A DNA stretch of 57,405 bases, the filler included, from Thelocarpon superellum (taxonomy: Eukaryota), in the NCBI GenBank assembly GCA_026025795.1. It is 3 parts of 3 records of this genome, joined end to end, with 100 filler letters (N's around TTAATTAATTAA, not from the genome) between each part and the next. Parts side by side here need not be neighbours in the genome. Positions count along the whole stretch, not along the records: positions 19,205 to 38,304 come from JAPEUG010000351.1; positions 38,405 to 57,405 come from JAPEUG010000352.1; 1 more part is not named here. One strand, written 5' to 3'. Position 1 is the stretch's first letter; each line of letters starts with the position of its first letter. Shown piece by piece: positions 33,452 to 44,165 of this stretch. Below the pieces are notes generated by a model that saw only the letters and a list, made by a program, of their open reading frames with translations, did not search any database and had not been told where the DNA came from. Both the position numbers and the translations under genes were made by a program.

Positions 33452-34957
33452 TCAGATTCTCAATCCCAACACTCCCCTCTCCAGCTCTCCTACCACTCCC
33501 CTCCCAGCGAGGGCTCTTCGTTCCGCAACGAGCGGGTCGTCCACGCGCGCGCGGAGAATGCCGCTCGCTGCGTAATACTGGAGCAGGCCTTTGGCTTCCG
33601 TATGCGAAAGGCCTGGCAGGGTCGTCACGAGGGTGGAGCGTAGGGAGTCCAGCACGCGGGGGTCTAGCGCTGTAAAGGGCGTGATGCCGTGTTTGGTGGA
33701 CAGGGCGGAGGAAGAGAAAGAAGAAGATGAGGATGAGGATGAGGACGAGGATAGCAAGGTCTCCTGCTCCATCTCCTCGATACGATGGTAGAAGGTCGGG
33801 GCCGACGGGTTATTCGACTTGGAAGTTGCCCCGAGGATGGCGCCGCCGTTCGTGAGATCATTCGTGCCGGACAGATATCGCATCAGATGCTGCACGAGCG
33901 AGAGATCGTGGGCGTGTATCTCGCCAAAGTCCGCGGCCCGGTACTGGCTCGTCCGCATCAGGTGCGCGATGCCGTCAATGCTGATCAGGATAGGCGGTCG
34001 GGTGTGAGAGTCGGTCGATGGTGCAGTGAGCTCGGCCCACAGCGCGAGAAAGATGGGCCAGGCGACGTCGGGGTCCCGAGCTCCGAGCTCCGCCAGGCGC
34101 GCGAGGGAGATGGTGTCCTGGAGCGGAATGGGGAGGCTATGCGTCTTGGACACCTGGAGACTCGAGAGGAGGGCGTGGTTGGCCTTCAACATGCGCGTCA
34201 GGAGGGCAGCCATGTAGGATTTCTGCACGTATTGCGTTGGTTTGCTCTTGGCCAGTGGTGCATATTCCGTGTGGTCCATGGTGATCTCTTGTGCTGCATG
34301 AAAGTGAGCGCCCGTGTGCGATCAGATGTGGAGCCACCAACCTTCAGGGATTGAAATCACCATCCATCCCTTCGCGAATGCCATGGCCATGGCCTGGAGG
34401 AGCATCACTGTCTTTCCGCTGCCCCGGTCGCCCGTGAAGATCCTCCGGTAGGTGCTGGGCCGGCCCCCGTCCATCGCCTTCATCATCTGCCACAATTCTT
34501 CGCTCTCGTTTCGAATCAGGACTCCCGGACTCCGAAACATCATCCAGCCTTGTGTCGGTTTAAACGCGTCCACGGCTCTCAATTGATCGATGACTGGACC
34601 CGCGAGGGCGACGACGGTGCCGCGGCACGTCTCCTCATCCAGCGTCGCCACGCTCAACTCTTTCATTCCCTGGACCTGAAGGGCATTGGGATTGGTCAGC
34701 ACCACGCGTTTCCGATATGCCTTTCGTTCGCCCGCCGCCACCGGACGGCCCGTCTTGACGACATCTTTCTTCTTGATCCGCAGCGTTTTCGTCCCACGCG
34801 TGGAGGCGCTTTGAGCCGGCTTTTTGTTCAGAGCTTGCGCGGCTGAGGACGTGGAGAAGGATCGGCGAGAGGAGCGAAGGGATGACTGCGTGCTGGGTAG
34901 CTTTACCGGTCGCATGGGAGGTCGGAGGAGACATCGCCAGCACTGGATGTAGGACAT
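33452..34957 (-). CDS. RSM23: Mitochondrial small-subunit ribosomal protein mS29 (DAP3/Rsm23), 2 exons
   Basis: Presequence MSYIQCWRCL, GERKAYRKRVVLTNPNAL, FKPTQGW, P-loop GDRGSGKT, IHAHDL and GLLQYYAASG. Confidence 0.92.
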
Positions 34958-35040
34958 GGCGAAGAATTGAAGCTGTATGTCATAGAGGTGTGGCCCTGCA
35001 GTTTGATGAAAGTGAACTCCAAGTCGCGATGTAGGGACAG

Positions 35041-35059
35041 CACGTGATCTGGTCACGTG
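35041..35059. promoter_or_regulatory. Paired CACGTG (Cbf1/bHLH-type) sites upstream of RSM23
   Basis: CACGTG at 35041 and 35054, both TCACGTG on one strand, about 85-100 bp upstream of the ATG. Confidence 0.5.
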
Positions 35060-35556
35060 CACTCATGAATATCATCCCAGCTACGCATTGAGTTTATTAT
35101 CTAACTTACAATCCAGCTCTGATTCCTACAGCGACAACACAAGGCGAGTACTGAGTTCTATCGAACACTGCAGTACGAGAAGGTATATCGTGATCTCTTA
35201 GGCGAGCTGAACACAGAGCAGGAATCCGACCCTAACCCTGGCAAGCACCCTCCAAAGCCGCATAAAGCCGCGTAGCCGCCTTCGCTGACTGGGACGGCCT
35301 CCGTAATCCGACATTCCGTCTTCTAGAGGCAACCCATACCGGCCGATGAAGAGCACTTCCACCGCGATCCTCATGTCTCGCGCCGTTCAACTGGGGCTAG
35401 AACTATGAGCCAAGTAGGCCGTAGCACAAAGTGCCGAAAATCAAATGATCGAATGGACGCGGGATTGATCACAATTCATTGGTGAGGATAGAATCACACG
35501 ATATTCGCGCGGTAACGTTGAAAAGGGTCGTGTCAATTATTCACAGGTACTCAACA

Positions 35557-37092
35557 TCACAAGCTAGCCTTCCCTCGGGGTTCAAACGGCAACAAGACCA
35601 CCAGGAAGCCAGCGGCGATGAACAGGGCCCCACTGACGTAGACGGGTGCGCTAGTCTGGAGATTGGCGTAGATGGCGACGATGGGGGCCATGATGCCAAA
35701 GACCCGATTGGCCGTGGCCGTGAGCGCGTTGCCCGTCCCGCGATCCTTGGTCGGGAAGATCTCGGGCGTGTAGGCGTACAGGACGGCGTACATGACGTTG
35801 CTCATGAAGCTGAAGGCGCAGTTCCACCCGAGCAGCGCGTCCGACGTCGTCGCCGTGGTGGAGGCAAAGAGGAAGACGCCCGTCAACGCGGTCGAGACGG
35901 ACAGAGTGCCCTTGCGGCCAAAGCGGCGCAGCTCGACCAGCGCACCGCCGATCAGCGCGCCCGGCACACCCAAGACGGCAATGATGAGCTGGTTGCGATA
36001 GGTGATGTAGGTCGAGCCGTCCCCGAACTTCACGCCGCGCTGGGCCTGGATGTAGGGCAAGAATGCGTTGTACAAGGGATAGCCCAAGCCGATGAAGCCC
36101 CAGATCAGGATGATCAGCGACGTGGACCACGCAAGCCGTGGATTGGCGAAGAGCGCGCGGACGTGCGTGAAGTTGAGCTTCTCGAGCTTGCGTCGCAGCG
36201 CGGCGGCGGCGTCGGTGCCTTGCTGCCCTTGCGTGTCATGTTTTTCGAGGTCGGCCAGGACGAGCGAAGACGTCTTGCCGTTCCGACGCGCCACCTCGTG
36301 CACCACCTCCACGGCCGCGGCGTCCTTACCGCGTCCCATCAGGAACTTGGGTGATTCGTACAGATGGAAGAGAAAGAAGCGGATGATGAACATAATCAAG
36401 GCCAGGCCGCCCATAACGATCATGAAGTATCTCCACCCGACGTTCTCTGAGCGCGTACATGTCGTGGCCGTTTCCTGGCAGGTCAGGTTCCCTAGCAGCG
36501 GCCATGCGATCAGAGTCTCCAGCAGTTGCGCCAAGGCCCAGAAGACAGACAGAACGGTGAGGAGGTATTGATGTGTGCCGGGAAGGAACTCCAGGAAGAT
36601 GGCCGAGTCGACCGGGAGGTTTCCGCCCACGCCCACCGACCAGAGCGCGGCGAAGACGCCGATGGCGGCAAAGTTGGGTGATCCCGCGGCGATCAAGCCA
36701 AACACCGACGTGATGCCCAGCGTCAGATTGAAGGCCCAGCGGCGGCCGAAGATGTCGCAGCCGAATCCCCAGAAGATAGCCCCCACGAGGAGACCGATGT
36801 TCTGGGAGAGCGACAGCAGCGGCGGCTTGGGCGCCTTGAACTCGTTGGTGACGGGCGTCAAGATCAGCGATGTCGCGACCGGCCAGAGGTTGTCGCTGGC
36901 CCAGCCGAAGCCAATGACGCCGAACAACTGCCATTGGTATCGGCCCATCCCGATCTCTTGGATGGCATTGTTCAGTACGTGCGCCTTTGCCTCGTAGACG
37001 GGGTCAATGGTGCCCGGAGGAAGTGTCGGGTCAGGCGCGATACCATCAATGGCGGTGGTGTGAGCGACGCTGTCATGTTTGGCTTCTGCCAT
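35557..37092 (-). CDS. MFS transporter (SV2/sugar-porter-like); the start may alternatively be 37170
   Basis: About 12 TM segments with IGMGRYQW, motif A GCDIFGRR, GVGGNLPVD, ESPKFL and YTPEIFPTKDRGTG. Confidence 0.92.
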   Translation of the reverse strand: MAEAKHDSVAHTTAIDGIAPDPTLPPGTIDPVYEAKAHVLNNAIQEIGMGRYQWQLFGVIGFGWASDNLWPVATSLILTPVTNEFKAPKPPLLSLSQNIGLLVGAIFWGFGCDIFGRRWAFNLTLGITSVFGLIAAGSPNFAAIGVFAALWSVGVGGNLPVDSAIFLEFLPGTHQYLLTVLSVFWALAQLLETLIAWPLLGNLTCQETATTCTRSENVGWRYFMIVMGGLALIMFIIRFFLFHLYESPKFLMGRGKDAAAVEVVHEVARRNGKTSSLVLADLEKHDTQGQQGTDAAAALRRKLEKLNFTHVRALFANPRLAWSTSLIILIWGFIGLGYPLYNAFLPYIQAQRGVKFGDGSTYITYRNQLIIAVLGVPGALIGGALVELRRFGRKGTLSVSTALTGVFLFASTTATTSDALLGWNCAFSFMSNVMYAVLYAYTPEIFPTKDRGTGNALTATANRVFGIMAPIVAIYANLQTSAPVYVSGALFIAAGFLVVLLPFEPRGKASL

Positions 37093-38023
37093 GGTCCCTG
37101 CACACGAGATGAGATCAACTGAAAGCGGAGGTGCGCAGAACCGCCCCAACGCGCGGACCATGCCATTCATATGTGATCCATGGCGAGAAAGCCCTCAGCA
37201 GAGCCAGGTCAACCTCTCGACCAGAGCAGCCGTCTGCATGGTTAGCGGCGTTGCACCATTGCACTCAACCCCGCCATGTGCTGCACCGTGAGGTAATGGC
37301 TTCACAGTCGTCAGACACGCCAACTATCATTTGTCGGTGATGGGAAACATGCAAGCACGCCATCGACGGCGCAAACGAGTAAGGATGATGCAATGCTATC
37401 GAGGGTGCTATCTCGACTTGAAGTGGCAGTGATCTGCGTCGGACGAACCACGCTGTGCACCCCACGTCGACATAGTATGCCTGCCGATGTGGGGTGCACT
37501 GCGTGGTCTTGTCCGTGATTGACGCATCTCATTTGCAAACGGTCATCGGGTTCCATGGATCACGCATACACGGGCCACTCTTGTCCCGCGCCTGCAGTCA
37601 GGAGTTGGCTGTCCGCCTCGTAGACAGCGGCAGACACGGTAAGAGCTCGACAGCGCGCTGGCGGCTGTGACCAGTGCTGAGCGGTCACGTGTGTTCGCCA
37701 CTCACGTGATAAGGTTGCTGAGCTTGGGTTGTTGGAACGTGACATAATCAGCGGTTACTCTTGTTGTTCACAGAGGGCAGAACAGGAAATGCTGCTTTAG
37801 GGGGTCTCATGTATTGAGGATAAGGAGACCCAAGCAGAGTTGCAATAGCTAGCCTTAATACTATCGACACCGTATTCCCCAATGCGCATCAAGGGTGGAG
37901 GCTATTCATTGTTCCGGCCGTGGGCCGACCAGCTAGAGACCCGCGCGCACCTTGAACCGTCAAGAACCAGCCTACGGCAGGTTCCTAGCCCTCGATTCCT
38001 CCCCCTCGGCCACACCGGGTAAC

Positions 38024-38077
38024 GCAGGATCATTTACCTTGGTGCTGCTTGCAGGATCATTTCCCTTGGTGCTGCTT
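38024..38077. repeat. 27-bp tandem duplication with one mismatch
   Basis: GCAGGATCATTT(A/C)CCTTGGTGCTGCTT occurs twice. Confidence 0.85.
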
Positions 38078-38177
38078 TACCATCACCCGACGAGATAGTA
38101 AGGCGGCTCTCGACGATTGGCGATCCCATCCGCCAAACGACAAAATCGATTTCCGATCCATCAGGAAAGCCAGCAAG

Positions 38178-38304
38178 ATGTCTTCCACCGAAGTCTCGTC
38201 GGCCGCAACGGAGCCGTCTTTGGTGACAAGGCCAAATGCTACGGAAGGCACAGATAGCAAGCCAAAGAGACTGTTGGTCGTGTGTCCACGCTTCGTCCTC
38301 TCAG
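38178..38304 (+). CDS. Possible 5' end of a gene cut by the gap
   Basis: AAGATG start context; MSSTEVSSAATEPSLVTRPNATEGTDSKPKRLL... stays open into the Ns. A CACGTG pair lies upstream at 37686/37703. Confidence 0.35.
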
Positions 38305-38404
38305 NNNNNNNNNNNNNNNNNNNNNNNNNNNNNNNNNNNNNNNNNNNNTTAATTAATTAANNNNNNNNNNNNNNNNNNNNNNNNNNNNNNNNNNNNNNNN
38401 NNNN
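38305..38404. other. Assembly gap spacer
   Basis: 44 N + TTAATTAATTAA (38349-38360) + 44 N. Confidence 0.97.
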
Positions 38405-38416
38405 CCAGAAGTGGTA

Positions 38417-39350
38417 CTAATGACCCACACTCCTTGGCATGCCCCGACCACCACCTCCAGGAAAGTTTCTCGCGTTCAACAACACTCCCTTGATGCCTCT
38501 GATTTCGCTCTTGACGCTGTTGAGGGCGTCTACATCTGCAACCCCAGCTCGCGACGAGTTTGCCTTTGGGGCTGACGATCCTCCCATCATGGCCGCGTAT
38601 GGAGTGGAGTTGAGAGACGTCGCGGGACTGGCGTAGATGATGCCTTCGAGATAGGCCTTCAAGTCCATCACTCCTGTCATGACTCCATCGTCCGAGCCAC
38701 CATCCTGGTTGTCACCCACGAGAGATGCAAGCTGCGTGTGGATAGTCTCGAGATTGGACAGCTGGGTTGTGAGGACGGATTGATCTTCGCCGGTAGTGCG
38801 AGGGGAACTGGTGGATGTGGACGAGCGCCGCGAGAGAAATGGTGAAGTCTGGGTGCCGATATCGACATGAAAGAGCTCAGTGGGGTCGGAGTCATGCGAC
38901 AGGACCGATTCGCCGTCCTGCTCTCTCAATCGCTCTCGGTCGTGCGACATGCCGTCCCCAGAGGGAACCATTGTCACCCTCGCTTCGAGCTTGGTGTTCA
39001 GAGTCTCCAAGTGCTCCAAGGTCTTTTGTGCGAGCGCACGCCGGGCTTCATCTAAAGATTCGGCCATCGGCTGTACGAGATATTTACTCGCGCCATAGAC
39101 CGCGGCGGCCGTGGTGGCCGTCGTATACAGCGTGGCCAGCACCTGGGGCAGGGTGATCAATGGGGGCGATTGAGACGAGTGGGCGAGAAACTCGGGATAG
39201 GTGATGATCGGTGGCCCCTCCATCTGCGGCTGCTCGGAAGGAGGAATTGATACGGCTTCGACCTGGTCATGTTAGGTGGGGATGGCGGTGGTGTTTGGGT
39301 GGAAGGTCACTCACATTATTGTTACCCTCGGGAGCCGCATCTAACGCCAT
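38417..39350 (-). CDS. Pex14/17 (Pex33)-like peroxisomal docking protein, 2 exons
   Basis: PPIITYPEFL, hydrophobic LYTT...VYGASKYLVQPM, a coiled coil, DSDPTELFHVDIGTQT and C-terminal VKSEIRGIKGVLLNARNFP. Intron at 39263-39314. Confidence 0.8.
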
Positions 39351-40055
39351 GTTGGACGTCTTGCGTCAATCCACGCGGGGCGGAGACGGATGATCTGCAA
39401 ACACAATCCGCAAACTCTGGACCTTCTTGCACAGCACCTCCTGGAACTCAACGCTTCTTGCAAGTACTGCAGGAAAGATCTGACGCTGACTCCGTCACAT
39501 CGACTGTCTCGAGGGCATCTTGGGCCCCTGCAGTGCCGAGCCGAGGCCCGCAGGTACCTGACTAATGTGGCACTCCAACTGATTCGCGAAGGCTTGAGGA
39601 AGTACTTCGTACCGCATCCATGGTGGAGCTCAAGGCTCAGCCAGCACGTGACAACATCCAGGGACAGCTTTCAGAGCCCATGCCAGGAACAGCTTTTAGA
39701 GCCCATGATGTGACCACAAAGTCGTTGCAACTCTGCACGACAGTCGATTCAGTTCATCACCAATCTGTGGCGACGCTGGTCAGATTGGCATCGTCGTCCC
39801 TGTACGAGCTCCAGACGGAATGATCCGATCGCTCCGCACGGCGTATCGTACTCGGATTTACGTCTCCGGGCCCTGTTGAGTCGCGCCACCGGAGCAGCTA
39901 CGCCCACTACGCCTAGGTTTGGCGAGTAGACGGGAACTTTGCTGACCGGCACGACACCATCCTCCCCAATCGCACGGTGCCTCTCTTCCAATTAGGTACG
40001 GAGCTGGCCTTGCCACAAACTGGGGGGAAAGCGTACGAGACCATCCACCGCCAAC

Positions 40056-41783
40056 ATGTCAGGCAACACAGAGCGACCGGCTAAGCGACGCCGCGCCTTG
40101 AGCACCGACTATGAAGACAGTGATGACAACGATGATTGGATTCCCTCCAAAGACGAGGCTCGCGCCGTGACCGGGTCGGGACGAGGAGCTGATCCGAAGT
40201 TGACGGCTGCGTATGTGCTCCTCCTCCGCGTCGCATCCTGCCTTCGCTTTGTGCCTGCCTCCCATTCCATCTCCCTTTCGCCGTCACCTTGCATTCGTTC
40301 CATCGCCCGACTCGTTCCCTGTCCCTGATCGCCTTTCTCGCCGTCTTCCTTTCTCGCCATCTTACTTTCTTTGCGTCTCTGACCACGCACGCTGCGTAGG
40401 GCTACGGCGACCATGTCTCGGGCACGCCGATCCGCTCATGCGCCCGTGCCCTCGGTCACCGTCGCCCGTCCATCATCGGCACGGGCGGACGACTCCAAGA
40501 AATCTATTCGCCTGACGGTCAAGATGCCCTCCAGCAAATTACGTCAAGCTACTAGTGGCGGCAGGCGTAACGTCTCCCTCAACTCACGAGATGCCTTTGA
40601 ACCCGGCGAGATTCTGACCGGACCACGAGGCACACGTGCCAAGCGGGCCATCGTCGACGAATCGGAGAGCGACGGGGACGCCGATATGGACGGCAACGGC
40701 GACGGCGACGGCGACGACGACGATATCGAGGCCGATGAGGTGGAGGGCGAGGAGGAAGAGGAGGAGGAGGAGGAGGATGGAGAAGAAGACGCGGATGGAG
40801 AGGAGGACGAAGATATGGACGTTGATGATGACGACGTCATAGACGACGCGCCATCTAAACCTCTCCCTCCTTCGTCTGCCTCCCGTGGAGGAGCGAAAGC
40901 AGCCGCAGCGAGACCGCCGCTACCTCCCGCCACCAGCGCCGGCGTGGCCACTAGAAACGCCGTTGTGCCCGACGAGGACGACGAGGAGTTGTCAGAACTC
41001 GAGGAATTGGACTCGGATGACGAGGAACTCGAGGAAGAGGACGAGGAAGATGTCAACGATGACACCGGGGTGGGTGAAGACTTGGATGCCGATGCAGACC
41101 CAGACCCAGACGCAGACGAGATCGACGAGGTCGACGAGGGCCGCGACGCAGAAGGCGACAGTGATGATGATGATGATGCGACCCCCGCGAGCGGGAGTCG
41201 TGCCTCGACCCCCGACGTCACCAAGATGACCAAGCGACAACGCAGCCGATTAGACGAGGTCATGACGGTGGACCTCCTTGCCCTGCCGTCTGGTTTGTCT
41301 TGCTTATGGCCGTCTGGAGGCGTGTCTAACAAATGGATAGAAAGCAAGCAGAAGAAGATCCTCTCCGCCGAAGAGCACGCCATGCGCCGGTCCGAGATGG
41401 CCCGGCGGCGGAAGAATCTCAGTGAGAAGCGCAATGAGGAGGAGAAGGTGGGTACTCTCCAACGACGCCGCGAATCGCACCTCGCTCACGCTCGGTTACT
41501 GATTGATACTCGATAGATGGATACCATCAATAAGCTGCTTAAGAAGCAGGCTCCTAAGACGCGTCGCACGCGCGCCGCAGAAGGGGCTAACGGAGACGCT
41601 ACACCGCTCAGCCAAGAGATTGAGTACGAGCGACCCAAGGCGACGGTGACACGGTGGGTGTCGAATCGCCATGGGAGCCGCGTCGGGGTGCCTGAGGAGT
41701 GGCTTGATGCTCCGTTTGGCTCCGTCTTCGTAACTCCTGCCACCGATGGACGAGGAATCTCGGTGTTGAAAAGCCAGGGCTAG
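40056..41783 (+). CDS. IES2: INO80 complex subunit Ies2/INO80B (PAPA-1 domain), 4 exons
   Basis: Long acidic region, PDVTKMTKRQR, EEHAMRRSEMARRRKNLSEKRNEEEKMDTINKLLKKQ and RWVS...GSRVGVPEEWL. Confidence 0.9.
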
Positions 41784-42250
41784 CTTGTACAAGATGTTGT
41801 TCCATGCCATCACGATTGCATGAATAATCTGATCCCGTTGGAATTGGTCCAAATGATCCTCTTGTTCTGCGTAATACTTAGCCCAGGAGCACATCCGGTT
41901 TTGGCTCTTCCTTCACAGAGAGTCTCTCGCCAACCGGCTGGCGGATGGTCTGCGCGGACGATACGGTACGCTGCTAGTCCCAACTATGCCATTCATAACG
42001 TGCGGCAGCATACTGGGTCGCACCCGGCAGACGTGGTCGCACCGGGCAGACGTACGGGGGTCGAGCGCCGCACATGCCGGTCCTGCCACCGTATAGCTCT
42101 CCCTACCGAGAGCGTCGCGGTAGTGGGGCAGCAGCTTGGCCTGGCTCCAGCCTATCCATTCATCAGCTCCACTTCGATCGACGCAAAGGAGCTCACACGA
42201 CCATTCTCGAAGACCATCTAATACCGACTGGTAGACTTCGCCTAAGTGTC

Positions 42251-43367
42251 ATGGCACAGGATCCTCGCGCTCTCCTGCAAAAGGTGATCCGCTCCCGTCG
42301 CCGGAGAACGGCGGGCTTGACAGGCATCGCTGACCACCCCCGGGTGCAGGCGGAGAAGGCCCTGTCTGGGGCCGGAGGAGGATTCAGTCTCTTTGGCGGC
42401 CGACAGGAGAAGTTTGAGAATGCGGCCGATCTCTACATCCAGGCCGCCTACGCCTTTCGCATGCAGAAGCAAGGTCTGCCGCAGCCATGCACTCCGAGCC
42501 GGACCGAGCCATGCTGACCCGACCTCGGCCACAGAGAAGGAAGCTGGCATAGCCTTTGAGCGCGCTGCTGCAATTCAGACCAAGAATCTCAACGAACCCG
42601 ACGATGCCGCCAGCACCCTGGTCGACGCCTTCAGAGCCTACCGCAAGACCGACCCCGAGGATGCGGCGCGCGTCTTAGATAGCGCCATCAGCCACTTCAC
42701 CTCCCGGGGCAACTTTCGACGCGCGGCCACCCACAAGCAGAGTCTGGCCGAGGTCTACGAGAGCGAGATTGGCGACCAGAAGCGGGCCATCGCGGCCTAC
42801 GAGACTGCGGCGAGCTGGTTCGAAGGCGACAATGCCGAAGCGTTCGTCGCACCTCTTCCCTGGATCCGTATGCCGCTGACCTCTTGTCGCGTCACGCAGA
42901 CTGGCGAATAAGCTGTACCTCAAGGTGGCGGACCTCGCTGCCCTCGAGGGGGACTACTACAAATCGATCGAGCAGTATGAGAGAGTGGCCAAATCTTCCG
43001 TTAGCAACAATCTCATGAAGTGGTCGGTGAAGGACTATTTCCTCAAGGCGGGCCTGTGCCACCTGGCGACCAACGTAAGTCAGGATGAGTCACCCAGCCA
43101 GATGGCACGCTGACGCCGCCGGCACAGGATATGGTCGGGGCAAATCGCGCGTTGGAGGGATACCGCGATCTTGACCCCACCTTTGCCTCCACCCGCGAAC
43201 ATCAACTCCTCGTCGACTTGTCCGAGGCGATCGAGCAGGGCGAGCAGGAGCTCTTTGCAGACAAACTGTTCCAATATGATCGGATGAGTAAGCTAGACAA
43301 GTGGAAAACGACCATCTTGCTCCGGATCAAGGGTGGCATCGAGGAGAAGGGCGAGGATTTTTCATAG
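42251..43367 (+). CDS. SEC17: Alpha-SNAP vesicle fusion protein Sec17 (5 exons)
   Basis: MAQDPRALLQKAEK, GFSLFGG, GNFRRAA, NNLMKWSVKDYFLKAG, DPTFASTRE and LDKWKT...EDFS*. Confidence 0.97.
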
Positions 43368-43520
43368 CTTTTGGGCGCATTGGTCATGGTCATGGTGCAT
43401 TCATGCGCATCTGTGTCTCTACACATCTCTACACATCTCTACACATCTCTAAACATTACTAAACATCAAGGGAGGTATCTCGCCTTTTCACATGATGGCG
43501 GACGGGGTTGGCGTGCCGAC

Positions 43521-43837
43521 TCATTCGCCCGGTCTGCCTCCGTCGTTTTGTGTACCGGCCGAGTCATTTCGTGGATCTAACGGTGCGCTGGGAGGGTCAG
43601 GGTCATTTTCGACGTATTGCTAGTCGTAGACAAGGACATGTGCGCGAGGAGATTTACCTCGTATGAGATTGCTTTGGCTGCTGCTTCTGCAGCTGCTGGT
43701 CCCGAAAGGCAGGCCCAAAAATCCAGATACCTACGGTTGTCAGATCGGCAGAGCGGTTGAAGACGGAGAAGTATACCGTTGATGATACCAATGACAGTCG
43801 CGATGGCAAGGGGTGTAAACCCCCGACGTCCACTCAT
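43521..43837 (-). CDS. Spliced single-TM microprotein (66 aa), possibly PIGBOS1-like
   Basis: Exons 43837-43777, 43730-43658 and 43587-43521 give MSGRRGFTPLAIATVIGIINGIWIFGPAFRDQQLQKQQPKQSHTSAPLDPRNDSAGTQNDGGRPGE*. Confidence 0.7.
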
Positions 43838-44165
43838 GGCATTGGCAGGTATCGTCACCCTCGACCGACTGCACCAGCACCGATTCAAAGTGCCCTACTT
43901 ACTGAGTAAGACGAAGTACTCAGTAGTTGGAGGTCGACCTCAGGTCGTCGGCCTTTCGATTCGTTTAGACGTCATTGACCGCGGTTCGCGTAGATACTGT
44001 CACGTGATACAAAAGTGCAAGTCGCGTCTTCGCGTCTCTCGATTTGAGAAGAGAACATGTCTGGAGACCCCCGCACAGCCATCGCACTAGCTAGCCATGC
44101 GGCGTGGAAATATTACATGTCGCGCCAATACATCTCCTTGGTATACGACATGACGCCTGGCTGCG

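Noticed and set aside
35229..35239. ACCCTAACCCT as a telomerase RNA template or interstitial telomere
   Set aside because: It is under two repeat units, and the 600-bp interval is too short for a typical filamentous-ascomycete telomerase RNA.
38024..38077. AGGATCATTTC resembling U3 snoRNA box A
   Set aside because: It lies within a local 27-bp duplication, and no other U3 boxes were seen.
41293..41340. Apparent insertion GLSCLWPSGGVSNKWI in Ies2
   Set aside because: It is best read as a 48-nt stop-free in-frame intron (GTTTGT..CTAAC..TAG).
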